Origin: an uncultured Candidatus Rokubacteria bacterium
GTDB taxonomy: Bacteria; Methylomirabilota; Methylomirabilia; Rokubacteriales; DASRDR01
DNA: 64,000 nucleotides
Assembly: GCA_963805625.1 (NCBI GenBank)
Contig: CAWDVE010000017.1
Location: 128,001 to 192,000 of the forward strand
Direction: 5' to 3'
The notes under the pieces were generated by a model that had not been told where the DNA came from, made no database searches, and was given only the letters and a program-made list of their open reading frames with translations. Positions 1-9,627 of this stretch are shown piece by piece (the first letter of the stretch is position 1; the number at the start of each line of letters is the position of its first letter). A program made the position numbers and the translations under genes.

Positions 1-2534
1 AGTACGTCCGGGCCACGACCTGCCAGAAGTGCGTGCGGGCGGGCGGCAAGCACAACGATCTGGAGAACGTGGGGCGCACGGCCCGCCACCACACGTTCTT
101 CGAGATGCTGGGAAACTTCTCCTTCGGCGACTACTTCAAGGCTGAGGCCGTCGCTTACGCCTGGGAATTCCTGACCCGCGACCTGGCCATTCCGGCCGGA
201 CGGCTCTGCGCCACGGTCTTCACCGACGACGACGAGGCGTTCGAGCTCTGGAAGGCGCACGTTCCGCAGGACCGGATCCTGCGCCTGGGGGAGAAGGACA
301 ACTTCTGGGCGATGGGGGACACCGGACCCTGCGGGCCCTGCTCGGAGGTCCACTTCCACCAGGGCGACCATCTCCCGTGCGCCGAAGAGGCGGCCGGGCG
401 CCGGTGCCTCGGGCCCGCGTGCGAGTGCGACCGGTGGCTCGAGATCTGGAACCTCGTGTTCATGCAGTTCGACCGCGACGCCTCGGGCCGGCTCACGCCG
501 CTCCCCAAGCCCTCGATCGACACCGGCATGGGCCTCGAGCGGATCGCCACCGTCGTCCTGGGAAAGTCCTCGAACTTCGACACGGATCTCCTCCGGCCGC
601 TCATCGCCGACGTCGAGCGCCGGTGCGGGAAGGCTTACGGCGCCCGCGAGGACGATGACGTGTCGATGCGGGTGATCGCCGACCACGCGCGCGCGACGTC
701 GTTCCTGATCGCGGACCAGGTCTCGCCCTCGAACGAGTGGCGGGGCTACGTGCTCCGGCGGATCATGCGGCGGGCGATGCGGCACGGGCGGCTCCTCGGT
801 CTCGTGGAGCCCTTCCTCTGGCAGGTGACGGGCGCCGTCACGGAGCTGATGGGCGGCGTCTACCCGGAGCTCGTGGAGCAGCGGACCCGCGTCGCCGAAC
901 TCACGCGTCTCGAGGAGGAGCGCTTCGCCGAGACGCTCGACCGAGGGCTGGAGCGCATCGCCGAGGAGGCGCAAGTCGCCGGGAGCTGGCCAGCCGCCGA
1001 CCAGGGATCGCGGCGCGTTCCGGGCAAGGTGCTCTTTACCCTCTACGACACGTACGGCTTCCCGGTCGACCTCGCCCAGGAGGTGCTCCAGGAGCGTGGC
1101 TTCATGGTGACGCCCGAAACCCAGGCCGAGTACGAGCAGGAGATGGAAACGCAGCGGGAGCGGGCCCGCGCGAGCGCGACCTTTGGCGCTGGCGACGTTG
1201 GCGGCGGGGCGGGGGATGAGAGCGCGGCGGTCTACCAGACGCTCTCGGCCGAGATCCCGAAGGCGGAATTCCTCGGCTACGAGGCGCTGACCGCGCCGGC
1301 TCGGATCCTCGCCATGGTCGCTGGTGGACGTCGCCGCCGCGAGGCGGTCGCGGGCGACGAGGTCGAGCTGATCCTCGATCGCACGCCGTTCTACGCGGAA
1401 TCGGGCGGCCAGATCGGCGACGCGGGCGTCATCACCGGCCGGCAGGGGCGCGGCGAGGTCGTCGACACGCAGTACCGGGGGGCGGGCCTGATCGCTCACC
1501 GGCTCCGTGTGGTGGATGGAGGCTTCCGTGAGGGCGAGGACGTGGCGGTCTCGGTCGAGTCGCCTCGCCGTCAGGGACTCCGGCTCCACCACACGGGCAC
1601 GCACCTTCTCCACGCGGCGCTCCGTAAGGTCCTCGGGACCCACGTGACGCAGGCGGGCTCTCTCGTGGCACCCGACCGCCTGCGCTTCGACTTCACCCAC
1701 ACCAAGCCGGTCAAGGATCGGGATCTGGAGCGGGTGGAGGACCTGGTCAACGAGGCGGTCCGGGAGAACATCACGGTCGACCCGTTCTGGACCGATCTCG
1801 ACGCCGCCCTGCGCATGGGCGCGATGGCCCTCTTCGGGGAGAAGTACGGCAACCACGTCCGCGTCATCCGGATCGGCGACTTCTCGACCGAGCTCTGCGG
1901 CGGGACGCACCTGGACGCCACCGGCCAGATCGGGCTGTTCAAGGTCACGACCGAGGGCGCCGTGGCCTCCGGCGTCCGCCGCCTCGAGGCGGTCACCGGG
2001 AGCGCGGCCCTCGCGCATGTCGGGCAGGAAGAGCAGGCGCTCCGCCAGGCGGCCGACCTCCTGCGCATCCCGCCGCTCGAGCTGCCGCGCCGCCTCCAGA
2101 AGCTCCTCGACGACCAGAAGGGCCTGGAGAAGCAGCTCGCCGCGCTGGAGACGCGCCTCGCGAAGGGCCGCGCCCGGGACCTTGTGGGCGGCGCCCGCGC
2201 GGTGGCTGGGATTCCCGTCGTCGTGGCGCGGCTTGACGGACTCGACGCGGAAGGTCTTCGCGCCGTCGTCGACTCGGTCCGGGAGCGGCTGCCCTCGGGC
2301 GTAACCTTCCTCGGGGCGGTCAGCGACGGCAAGGTCAACCTGGTCAGCGCCGTCACGAAGGACCTGACCGGCCGCGTCCACGCGGGCAAGCTGGTCCAAG
2401 AGGTCGCCAGAGCGGTGGGCGGCGGCGGGGGCGGCAGGCCCGACCTCGCCCAGGCGGGCGGGAAGAATCCCGCCGAGCTCGACCGAGCGCTGGCGGGTGT
2501 GTACGATCTCGTCGCGCGTGCTGCGGGCGGCTGA
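1..2534 (+). CDS. alaS: Alanine--tRNA ligase (5' end lies outside the window)
   Basis: Motifs QKCVRAGGKHNDLENVG, HHTFFEMLGNFSFGDYFK, HTGTHLLH, ELCGGTH and C-terminal GGGGGRPDLAQAGG; the frame stays open upstream of the listed GTG at 33. Confidence 0.98.
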   Translation, partial: YVRATTCQKCVRAGGKHNDLENVGRTARHHTFFEMLGNFSFGDYFKAEAVAYAWEFLTRDLAIPAGRLCATVFTDDDEAFELWKAHVPQDRILRLGEKDNFWAMGDTGPCGPCSEVHFHQGDHLPCAEEAAGRRCLGPACECDRWLEIWNLVFMQFDRDASGRLTPLPKPSIDTGMGLERIATVVLGKSSNFDTDLLRPLIADVERRCGKAYGAREDDDVSMRVIADHARATSFLIADQVSPSNEWRGYVLRRIMRRAMRHGRLLGLVEPFLWQVTGAVTELMGGVYPELVEQRTRVAELTRLEEERFAETLDRGLERIAEEAQVAGSWPAADQGSRRVPGKVLFTLYDTYGFPVDLAQEVLQERGFMVTPETQAEYEQEMETQRERARASATFGAGDVGGGAGDESAAVYQTLSAEIPKAEFLGYEALTAPARILAMVAGGRRRREAVAGDEVELILDRTPFYAESGGQIGDAGVITGRQGRGEVVDTQYRGAGLIAHRLRVVDGGFREGEDVAVSVESPRRQGLRLHHTGTHLLHAALRKVLGTHVTQAGSLVAPDRLRFDFTHTKPVKDRDLERVEDLVNEAVRENITVDPFWTDLDAALRMGAMALFGEKYGNHVRVIRIGDFSTELCGGTHLDATGQIGLFKVTTEGAVASGVRRLEAVTGSAALAHVGQEEQALRQAADLLRIPPLELPRRLQKLLDDQKGLEKQLAALETRLAKGRARDLVGGARAVAGIPVVVARLDGLDAEGLRAVVDSVRERLPSGVTFLGAVSDGKVNLVSAVTKDLTGRVHAGKLVQEVARAVGGGGGGRPDLAQAGGKNPAELDRALAGVYDLVARAAGG

Positions 2535-2540
2535 CGGGGC

Positions 2541-3269
2541 GTGAAGCCTCTGCGGGGCACCACCGCGTCCCGGCCCCGTGTCGTCGTCGGGCTCGCCCTG
2601 ATGCTCGCGGCCGGCTGCACGGCGCCGCGGATCGTGCCGGTCCCGGCCGCGGGCGTTCAGATCGACGCGGCGCAGGGCCTCGCCAGCATCGCCGCGGACG
2701 GGGTCGAGCTGGTCGTGCAGCCGTCGGCCTGGCGCGGGAGCCCCTGGGACCTTCGCGACTACGTGACGCCGTTCCTCGTCACTCTCTCGAACGGCGCCGG
2801 TGCCCCGGTTGAGTACGACTACCCGGACCTCCGGCTCTTCGACGACGCTCGATTCCAGTACACGGCGCTCCCCGCCGCCGAGGTCGAGCGCATCCTTCGC
2901 TGGCGCGCTGGCGGCGAGGTGCGCCTGGCCGCCATCAGCTCACCGCCACCCGTCATCCACCGGCGGGTCGTTCCCGATCCATCCGACTGGTGGTGGGACC
3001 GGTACGGGTGGTGGGACCGGTACGGATGGTATGGCTGGCCCTGGTACTATCCCGGGCTCCCGCCCGTCAGCGACGTCTACCTCCGCGCGCTGCCGATGGG
3101 CGCGCTCCAGCCCGGCGCGCGGCTCGAGGGCTTCGTCTACTTCCCCCGCCTCCGCGCCGACGCCCGCGGCTTGACGCTCGAGTTCCACCATCGGCTGGGC
3201 GAGCTCCCCCGCGTCCTGACGCTCCGCTTCGAGGTCGAGCGGGACGGGGCCGGCGGGCCCGGCGGGTAG
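2541..3269 (+). CDS. Hypothetical lipoprotein with a Trp/Tyr-rich segment
   Basis: Lipobox-like LAAGC after a hydrophobic stretch; WWDRYGWWDRYGWYGWPWYY segment; starts 6 bp after the alaS stop. Confidence 0.7.
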   Translation: MKPLRGTTASRPRVVVGLALMLAAGCTAPRIVPVPAAGVQIDAAQGLASIAADGVELVVQPSAWRGSPWDLRDYVTPFLVTLSNGAGAPVEYDYPDLRLFDDARFQYTALPAAEVERILRWRAGGEVRLAAISSPPPVIHRRVVPDPSDWWWDRYGWWDRYGWYGWPWYYPGLPPVSDVYLRALPMGALQPGARLEGFVYFPRLRADARGLTLEFHHRLGELPRVLTLRFEVERDGAGGPGG

Positions 3270-3286
3270 GGACGCGTCCAGTCGTC

Positions 3287-3916
3287 ATGAACCTCGAGGG
3301 GCTCGCCGGGCTCGTGCTCGATCCCGGCATCCCGCCTCTCGCGATCTACACCGTCGTCTTCCTGAGCTGCATTCTCGAGAGCTTCTTCCCTCCGTGGCCC
3401 ACGGACGTGCTCGTGCTCTACGCTGGATTCCTCGCCGGGCGAGGCCAGCTCGAGCCCGGCATCGTCGTGGCCGTCGCGATCGCGGGCACCCAGGTGGGCG
3501 TGATGGCTACCTTCTGGCTGGCCCGGCGCTGGGGTCCGGCGCTCCTCGCGGGCCCTCTCGGGCGACTGTTCCGCGCGGATCGACTGGCGCAGCTCGAGCG
3601 CTGGTTCGCCCGCTACGGGGTGCCGGCCGTGGCGATCTCCCGCTTCTTCCCGGGCATTCGCGCGCTGGTGATGCCGGCGGCCGGCCTGGCCCGCTTCTCG
3701 GCCTGGAAGGTCCTGTGGTGGGCGGGACTCTCGGTCGTCGTCTGGAATTCGCTCGTGGTGTGGCTCGGCGTGCTGACCGGCGCGCATCTCGAGTGGGCCA
3801 GGCAGGTGCTGGTGGGCTACAACACCGTCGCGTTCGGGATCGTGGCGGTCGGGCTCGTCGCGGCCGGCCTTGCGCTCTTTTGCCGCGCCCGTGCCCGGCG
3901 CTCGACGAGCCCGTGA
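3287..3916 (+). CDS. DedA family membrane protein
   Basis: ESFFPPWPTDV, ERWFARYG and SRFFPGIR DedA motifs; ATG at 3287. Confidence 0.9.
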   Translation: MNLEGLAGLVLDPGIPPLAIYTVVFLSCILESFFPPWPTDVLVLYAGFLAGRGQLEPGIVVAVAIAGTQVGVMATFWLARRWGPALLAGPLGRLFRADRLAQLERWFARYGVPAVAISRFFPGIRALVMPAAGLARFSAWKVLWWAGLSVVVWNSLVVWLGVLTGAHLEWARQVLVGYNTVAFGIVAVGLVAAGLALFCRARARRSTSP

Positions 3917-3929
3917 GCGGCGCGTCCGG

Positions 3930-5114
3930 CTACTCGAGCACCTCCAGGACGAGTCCCGTCAGGTAGCGCGTCTCGGGCACCGCCAGGAGCACCGGGTGGT
4001 CCCGGGCCTGGCTCACCCGAGCCGCGACGCGCACCGGGCGCCCGACGTCCTCGGTCGCCGCGCGACAGACCTCCTCGAAGAGGGCCGGGCTCACGTGGTG
4101 GGAGCAGGAGAAGGTGGCGAGGAGCCCGCCCGGCCGGAGGCAGCGGAACGCGCGCAGGTTGATCTCCTTGTACCCGCGCAGCGCCGCGTCGACCATCGAC
4201 CGCCGCCGGGTGAAGGGCGGCGGATCGAGGATGACCAGGTCGAAGCGGCGGCCATCTCGCTCGAAGGCGCGGAGCGTGTCGAAGGCGTTGGCCTCGAGAA
4301 CGTCGTGGCGCGCCGCGCTGCCGGGCGGCGTGTTCGCGGCGAGATGCGCCGCAGCGCGCGCGCAGGCGGCGCTGGAGCTGTCGAGCGCCAGCACGGACGT
4401 GGCGCCGCTCCGCAGCGCCCAGGCGGCGAAGGCGCCCGTGTAGGCGAAGGCGTCCAGCACCGCCCGTCCGGCCGCCCGGGCCCCGATTTGGGCGCGATTC
4501 TCTCGCTGGTCGAGGTAGAAGCCCGTCTTCTGGCCGCCCTCGAGGTCCACGCGGAATCGACACGGCCCCTCGCGGATCTCGATCGCGCTCTCCGCCTGGC
4601 CCACGAGCCAGCCGCTCAGGTCGTCGAACCCCTCGATGGCCGCGGCCGTGGGGTCACCGCGGCGGTAGACCGCCCGCGTGCCGGTGACCTCGGCCGCCAG
4701 CTCGGCCAGCCGGCCGGCCCGCGCCGCGATTCCCCGCGTCAGCGCCTGGAGGGCGAGGACGTCGCCGTAGCGGTCGACGATGAGCCCCGGCAGGTGGTCG
4801 CCCTCGCCGAAGACGACGCGCGCGGCATCCCCGTCGTAGCCCAGGGTTCCCCGGAAGGCCCAGGCAGCGTGAAGACGCCGGCGGAGGAAGCCGTCGTCGA
4901 CGGGCTCGTCGTGCCGCGTCACCAGCCGGCACACGATCTGGGGGCGGGGATTGTAGAAGCCACGCCCGAGGACGCGGCCGTCCGCGGCGCAGACCGTGAC
5001 CGCCTCGTCGTCCTTCCAGGTGCCGTCGAGCCGCGCAACGTCGGCCCGGTAGATCCAGGGGTGGCCGCCGCGGATCCGCGCCTCGCGCCGGGGACGAAGG
5101 ACGAGCCGCGTCAC
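3930..5114 (-). CDS. rlmI: RlmI-like class I SAM-dependent rRNA methyltransferase (PUA + MTase)
   Basis: GHPWIY PUA motif, GLIVDRYGD, GQKTGFYLDQRENR, LDPPPF, YLTG C-terminus. Confidence 0.85.
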   Translation of the reverse strand: MTRLVLRPRREARIRGGHPWIYRADVARLDGTWKDDEAVTVCAADGRVLGRGFYNPRPQIVCRLVTRHDEPVDDGFLRRRLHAAWAFRGTLGYDGDAARVVFGEGDHLPGLIVDRYGDVLALQALTRGIAARAGRLAELAAEVTGTRAVYRRGDPTAAAIEGFDDLSGWLVGQAESAIEIREGPCRFRVDLEGGQKTGFYLDQRENRAQIGARAAGRAVLDAFAYTGAFAAWALRSGATSVLALDSSSAACARAAAHLAANTPPGSAARHDVLEANAFDTLRAFERDGRRFDLVILDPPPFTRRRSMVDAALRGYKEINLRAFRCLRPGGLLATFSCSHHVSPALFEEVCRAATEDVGRPVRVAARVSQARDHPVLLAVPETRYLTGLVLEVLE

Positions 5115-5186
5115 GGAGCCAGACTTTCACCTCCGAACAGTTCGCGCAACACGGCCCGCGCGTGTCCGGAAGTCGAAGTCCGCGGC

Positions 5187-5966
5187 CTAGCGGGCGCGGA
5201 GTACGGCGATCATCACGAGCGCGGCGGCGCTCTTCTCGAGGGGGCGTCTCAGGCTGAAGTTCGAGAACCACCCGCAGAGCTCCCAGCCGCCGGCCAGCTC
5301 GACGAGCACCCGCAGCTCCTGCGGGAACACGATGCGAGTCGGGTGCCGCTGAACCACGGTGCGAGTCCGGCCCTTCTCGCTGATGTCGAACCGCATGACC
5401 TCCCGGCAGACCTGGCGCGCAACGTCGTAATCGAGCAGCGTCTGGAAGGTCGTGCGGACGGTGATTCCCCGCCGTTGCCGCGTCCAGGTCCAGCGAGCGC
5501 CCAGGCTCCAGCCGTTCGGCACCAGCCGGTCGAAGATGAACAGGCCGCCCGGGCGGACATTCCGTCGAACCGCCCGGAAGTGAGCCAGGAGCGCCGCCGT
5601 CTCGAGCAGGTGTCCCTGGGAGTCCTGCATGCAGATCGCCGCGTCGACGGGCTTGGGCAGGCGGAAGTCCGTCATGTCCCCGACGACGGTCGCCACGTCG
5701 AGGCCGCCGCGCGCCGCCTCCGCGTCGAGGAACGCGATCGAGGGCGCCGAGAGGTCCAGCGCGGTCATGCGATAGCCGCGCCGGGCCAGGCGGAGGCTGT
5801 GATGGCCCGTCCCGCACGCGACGTCGAGGACGTGGCGGACCGATCCACGCGCGTACTTCCGGAAGCACGCGGCCAGGAAGTCGGTCTCCGCCTTCCGGTT
5901 GAGCTCGAAGGCGATGTGGTAGTAGAGCGGCGCGGCGTAGGGGGTCGTCCGCCGGCGGGCCGTCAT
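5187..5966 (-). CDS. Class I SAM-dependent methyltransferase, substrate unknown
   Basis: VLDVACGTGHH motif I, GDM motif, PGGLFIFD; ATG overlaps the speB stop (ATGA at 5963-5966). Confidence 0.85.
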   Translation of the reverse strand: MTARRRTTPYAAPLYYHIAFELNRKAETDFLAACFRKYARGSVRHVLDVACGTGHHSLRLARRGYRMTALDLSAPSIAFLDAEAARGGLDVATVVGDMTDFRLPKPVDAAICMQDSQGHLLETAALLAHFRAVRRNVRPGGLFIFDRLVPNGWSLGARWTWTRQRRGITVRTTFQTLLDYDVARQVCREVMRFDISEKGRTRTVVQRHPTRIVFPQELRVLVELAGGWELCGWFSNFSLRRPLEKSAAALVMIAVLRAR

Positions 5967-6832
5967 CGCCGCCCCCACCATGTGAGGATCGCATCGCGAA
6001 CGATCGCGGCGGCCGTGATCCCGGTGCGCCCCGAGGGATCCCAGCGTGGGGAGACCTCCACCAGGTCGAAGCCGATCACCCGCGCGGCGCCGAGGTGCCG
6101 GAGCGCCGCGAGGAGATCCGGCACGCTGATGCCGCCCGGCTCGGGCGCGCCCGTCCCGGGAGCGATCGACGGGTCCAGCACGTCGATGTCGATCGTCACG
6201 TAGAGCGGCTGCCCCGCCAGCGCTCCGGCGATCGACGCCGCGGCGTCTCCCGCCGGACCCCCCCACCCCGGGAAGATATGCGTTCCGCGCGGCGGCTCCC
6301 ACTCCTCCCGATCCCCGGTCCGGAGACCGATCTGGTAGAGACGGTCGGCCCCGAGATGGTCGAGCACCCGCGTCATCGCCGAGGCGTAGTTCCACGACTC
6401 GCCGAGGTACTCGCCACGGAGATCCGGGTGGGCGTCGAATTGGACCACGCGAAGGTCCGGGTAGTGCTCGAGCGCCACTTCGACGACGGCCGCCGTCGTG
6501 GTGTGGTCGCCCCCGAGGAGCGCCCATCGCTGGGAGGGCACGAGCACCTGCCGAAGCTCGGCCGCCACGGCCTGGAGGGCCTCGCGCGGCGAGACGTCCG
6601 GAACCTGGACGTCACCCGCATCCGCGAGAGCCAGATCGGCGAGGTCGGCGGCGAGGTGGGGGGCGTAGGTCTCGATGAGGTCCGACGCCCGGCGGATCTC
6701 CCCGGGCCCCTGAAACGCGCCCTTGCGCTGGTTGACCCGGCCCTCGAAGGGGATGCCGTAGAGGACGACGTCGGCCCCCGCGACCTCCGGGCGCGCGGAC
6801 AGGAAGCGGGGGCGGGCGGGAGTCAGAGGCAT
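5963..6832 (-). CDS. speB: Agmatinase / ureohydrolase
   Basis: GGDH, DAHPD and DIDVLDPSIAPGTG ureohydrolase metal motifs; adjacent to arginine decarboxylase. Confidence 0.92.
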   Translation of the reverse strand: MPLTPARPRFLSARPEVAGADVVLYGIPFEGRVNQRKGAFQGPGEIRRASDLIETYAPHLAADLADLALADAGDVQVPDVSPREALQAVAAELRQVLVPSQRWALLGGDHTTTAAVVEVALEHYPDLRVVQFDAHPDLRGEYLGESWNYASAMTRVLDHLGADRLYQIGLRTGDREEWEPPRGTHIFPGWGGPAGDAAASIAGALAGQPLYVTIDIDVLDPSIAPGTGAPEPGGISVPDLLAALRHLGAARVIGFDLVEVSPRWDPSGRTGITAAAIVRDAILTWWGRR

Positions 6833-6890
6833 GGTCGGTGACGGAGGGTGGCCGGGTCTCGCGGACGCGCCCGGGCGCTGGCGCGGCGCC

Positions 6891-7373
6891 CTACAGCAGA
6901 TCGTCCTCCGAGAGGAGCGCGACGGCGGCCAGGGCGCAGCCGGCCCGCTCGACCCGGTGGTCCACCGCAACGACTTTCACCTCGCGGATGGCCTCGCCGC
7001 GCACGCGGAAGGCCTCGGCCAGCATCCCGCGGATCGCTTCTTCGGCCGTGCCGCGGTCGGTGACGTCGTGGAACTCCATGATCACCCCGGCCTTCGTGCG
7101 GTCGACGGGCAAGGCGTAGCCGACGGCGGCCGCGATGATCTGACCGGGCGTCGTGCTTGTCATGGCCGCGTAGGCGGTTGGCACCAGCGCCCCGGGTTTG
7201 ATCTGGGGCAGATCGACGATGTCGACCTCCGGCGGGACGATGCTGGAGACCTTGATCAGGTTGACGTTGCCGATGCCGGCCGCCAGCAGCGCGTTGTCGA
7301 ACGCGTTCAGCGGCGTTCCGCCCTCGGCCGTGCCCGCCGTCACCGATGCCTTGGTCACCTGCTTCCAGAACAT
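6891..7373 (-). CDS. pdaD: Pyruvoyl-dependent arginine decarboxylase
   Basis: LNAFDNALLAAGIGNVNLIKVSSIVPP with the SS self-cleavage site; GGAGG RBS before ATG 7373. Confidence 0.9.
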   Translation of the reverse strand: MFWKQVTKASVTAGTAEGGTPLNAFDNALLAAGIGNVNLIKVSSIVPPEVDIVDLPQIKPGALVPTAYAAMTSTTPGQIIAAAVGYALPVDRTKAGVIMEFHDVTDRGTAEEAIRGMLAEAFRVRGEAIREVKVVAVDHRVERAGCALAAVALLSEDDLL

Positions 7374-7488
7374 CGCCACCTCCCTCCGCGCCGCTTTCGT
7401 CACGCGAGCGGCGTGCCCGAACGTCGTCTTCGCCCGCGGCCGGTCGTCATCATCACTGGCACGAAAGTAAAACGCAAGCATTTTTTCC

Positions 7489-7516
7489 TTGCGCTGTCTC
7501 GTTCGTGCTCTATAAT
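7489..7516 (+). promoter_or_regulatory. Putative sigma70 promoter for speD-speE
   Basis: TTGCGC-16 bp-TATAAT in an AT-rich patch of the divergent intergenic region. Confidence 0.5.
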
Positions 7517-7645
7517 TCAGCCGACTTTCGCCCTGTGTCGCGTCGGCGAAGACGATGCCGCGGCGACAGCGAGCGCGACGCCAACGAGACGGTGTCGCAG
7601 TTCGATGATCGACGCCCGTCGCGGGCAAGGAGAGGGGGTCGGTAA

Positions 7646-8074
7646 TTGGAGAGTCTGGGTCGTCACCTGCTGCTCGAGCTGTATGACTGCAGCTCCGAGG
7701 TCCTCAACAGCCTTGAGTCCGTGAAGCGCGCGATGGTCGAGGCCGCCAAGCGGGCGGAGGCCACGATCATCGACGTCGTCTTTCACGAGTTCAACCCGTT
7801 CGGGATCTCCGGCGTGGTGGTGATCGCCGAGTCCCATCTCTCGATCCACACGTGGCCCGAGCACCGGTACGCCGCCGTGGACATCTTCTCGTGCGGCGAG
7901 ACGCTCAAGCCGGCGGAGGCCGCCAACTACCTTGTGGAGCAGTTCGGCGCGAGCCGGGCGTCCTGCGTGGAGGTCAAGCGGGGCGTCTTTCCCGGCATGG
8001 CTGGACTCGCGAACAAGGTTAAGGAGGGCGTCGCCGCGAATGGCGCTACAGAGTCCCTACAAATGGTTTTTTGA
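7646..8074 (+). CDS. speD: S-adenosylmethionine decarboxylase proenzyme
   Basis: GRHLLLE, ESHLSIHTWPE pyruvoyl site, DIFSCG; TTG start. Confidence 0.93.
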   Translation: MESLGRHLLLELYDCSSEVLNSLESVKRAMVEAAKRAEATIIDVVFHEFNPFGISGVVVIAESHLSIHTWPEHRYAAVDIFSCGETLKPAEAANYLVEQFGASRASCVEVKRGVFPGMAGLANKVKEGVAANGATESLQMVF

Positions 8075-8957
8075 GACCACGACGTCGGTCGAGGGGCACG
8101 CGCACGCGATTCTCCGGACGATTTTTGCCCTTCGCACCGAGTTCCAGCAGATGGAGATCCTCGAGACGGCGAGCTACGGCAAGTGCCTCGTCCTGGACGG
8201 GCGCATTCAGTCGAGCGTCGCCGACGACTTCATCTACCACGAGACCCTGGTTCACCCGGCCATGATCCTCCACCCCCATCCCGAGAGCGCGCTGGTCATC
8301 GGGGGCGGAGAGGGGGCGACGCTCCGCGAGATCCTCCGCTATCCGTCGATCCGGCGAGCCGTCATGGTGGACATCGACGGCCGCGTCGTCGACGCTTGCC
8401 GGACCCATCTCCCCGAGATGCATCAGGGCGCCTTCGACGACCCTCGCACCGAGCTCCGGCACGAGGACGCGCGCGGCTGGCTCGCGCGTACGCCCGAGCG
8501 GTTCGACGTGGCCATCGTGGACCTCACGGAGCCCTTGGAGGCTGGCCCCGCATGCCTCCTGTTCACCCGGGAGTTCTACCAGCTCCTGAGCGACCGTCTG
8601 ACACCGCACGGCACGCTGGCGCTCCAGGCCGGCATGACGAAGCTCGGGGAGCTGGACTTCTACGCGGCCATGAACCGCACGCTCCAGGCCGTCTTCCCGT
8701 TCGTAGGACCCTACCAGTCGTTCATTCCCTGCTTCGGGACGCCGTGGGGCTTCGCCGTGTGCGGCAAGCGCGACGACCCCATGGCGTTGACCCCGGCCGT
8801 CATCGACCGGCGGGTGGCCGAGCGTGTGACGGGGCCGCTACGCTTCTATGACGGCCTCGCGCACCAGCACATGCTGAGCCTGCCCGTGTTCCTGCGGAAG
8901 GTCGTCGCCGACTGCACCCGCGTCATCACGGACGCCGAGCCGCTGATCGTCGGATAG
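8040..8957 (+). CDS. speE: Polyamine aminopropyltransferase
   Basis: LVLDGRIQS, YHETLVHP, IGGGEGATLRE, VDID; ATG at 8040 overlaps the speD end. Confidence 0.93.
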   Translation: MALQSPYKWFFETTTSVEGHAHAILRTIFALRTEFQQMEILETASYGKCLVLDGRIQSSVADDFIYHETLVHPAMILHPHPESALVIGGGEGATLREILRYPSIRRAVMVDIDGRVVDACRTHLPEMHQGAFDDPRTELRHEDARGWLARTPERFDVAIVDLTEPLEAGPACLLFTREFYQLLSDRLTPHGTLALQAGMTKLGELDFYAAMNRTLQAVFPFVGPYQSFIPCFGTPWGFAVCGKRDDPMALTPAVIDRRVAERVTGPLRFYDGLAHQHMLSLPVFLRKVVADCTRVITDAEPLIVG

Positions 8958-9012
8958 AGCAGGCTCCGCCCGCGCGGCGCCGGCGGCGGTCCTCTCCGGT
9001 CGTGCGGCTCGC

Positions 9013-9609
9013 GTGCGCCTGATCCTGGCCTCGGCATCCCCCCGTCGGCGCGAGCTTCTTGCGCGACTCGGCGTACCCTTCGAGGTGCGCCCGAGCGGGA
9101 TCGAGGAGAGGCTCACCCTGGGGATCCCGCCGTCGGCGCTGGCCACGGCCCTCGCCCGGGCCAAGGCTCTGGACATCGCCGAGCAGCTCCGCGGGGCGGG
9201 GGAATCGCCGGCCCTGATCCTGGGGGCGGACACGCTCGTCGTGCTCGACGGCCAGCCGCTGGGCAAGCCCGCCACGCGGGACGAGGCGCGCGCCATGCTT
9301 CGCGCGCTCCGCGGCCGGAGTCACGAGGTCGTCACGGCCGTGGTGCTGCGGCTCGACGACCCGGGCGGGCGCGAGGCGGCGGCGGCCGTCACGAGCCAGG
9401 TTCTCATGCGCTCCTACACCGACCTCGAGATCGACGCCTACGTCGCCACCGGCGAGTGCGACGACAAGGCCGGCGCCTATGCCGTGCAGGGCGTCGGGGG
9501 GCACCTCGTCACCCGGGTCGAGGGCTGCTACACGAACGTCGTGGGCCTACCGCTCGGGACGACGGCCCGCCTCCTCCGTGCGTTCGGGCTTGCGCCGACC
9601 GACGCCTGA
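9013..9609 (+). CDS. maf: Maf family nucleotide pyrophosphatase
   Basis: LILASASPRRRELL, GADT, DKAGAY, NVVGLP. Confidence 0.93.
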   Translation: MRLILASASPRRRELLARLGVPFEVRPSGIEERLTLGIPPSALATALARAKALDIAEQLRGAGESPALILGADTLVVLDGQPLGKPATRDEARAMLRALRGRSHEVVTAVVLRLDDPGGREAAAAVTSQVLMRSYTDLEIDAYVATGECDDKAGAYAVQGVGGHLVTRVEGCYTNVVGLPLGTTARLLRAFGLAPTDA

Positions 9610-9627
9610 GCGTCGCCGGGGAGTTCG

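Noticed and set aside
3870-6203. 777-aa plus-strand ORF, and similar long ORFs (11168-13072, 18855-21497, 25592-27121, 38896-40698, 40747-43440)
   Set aside because: Antisense or off-frame shadows of well-supported genes; Arg/Pro/Gly-rich with no motifs, as expected in very high-GC DNA
7520-7645. Known SAM-I or spermidine riboswitch upstream of speD
   Set aside because: The SAM-I core motifs could not be found by eye; an Infernal search would be needed
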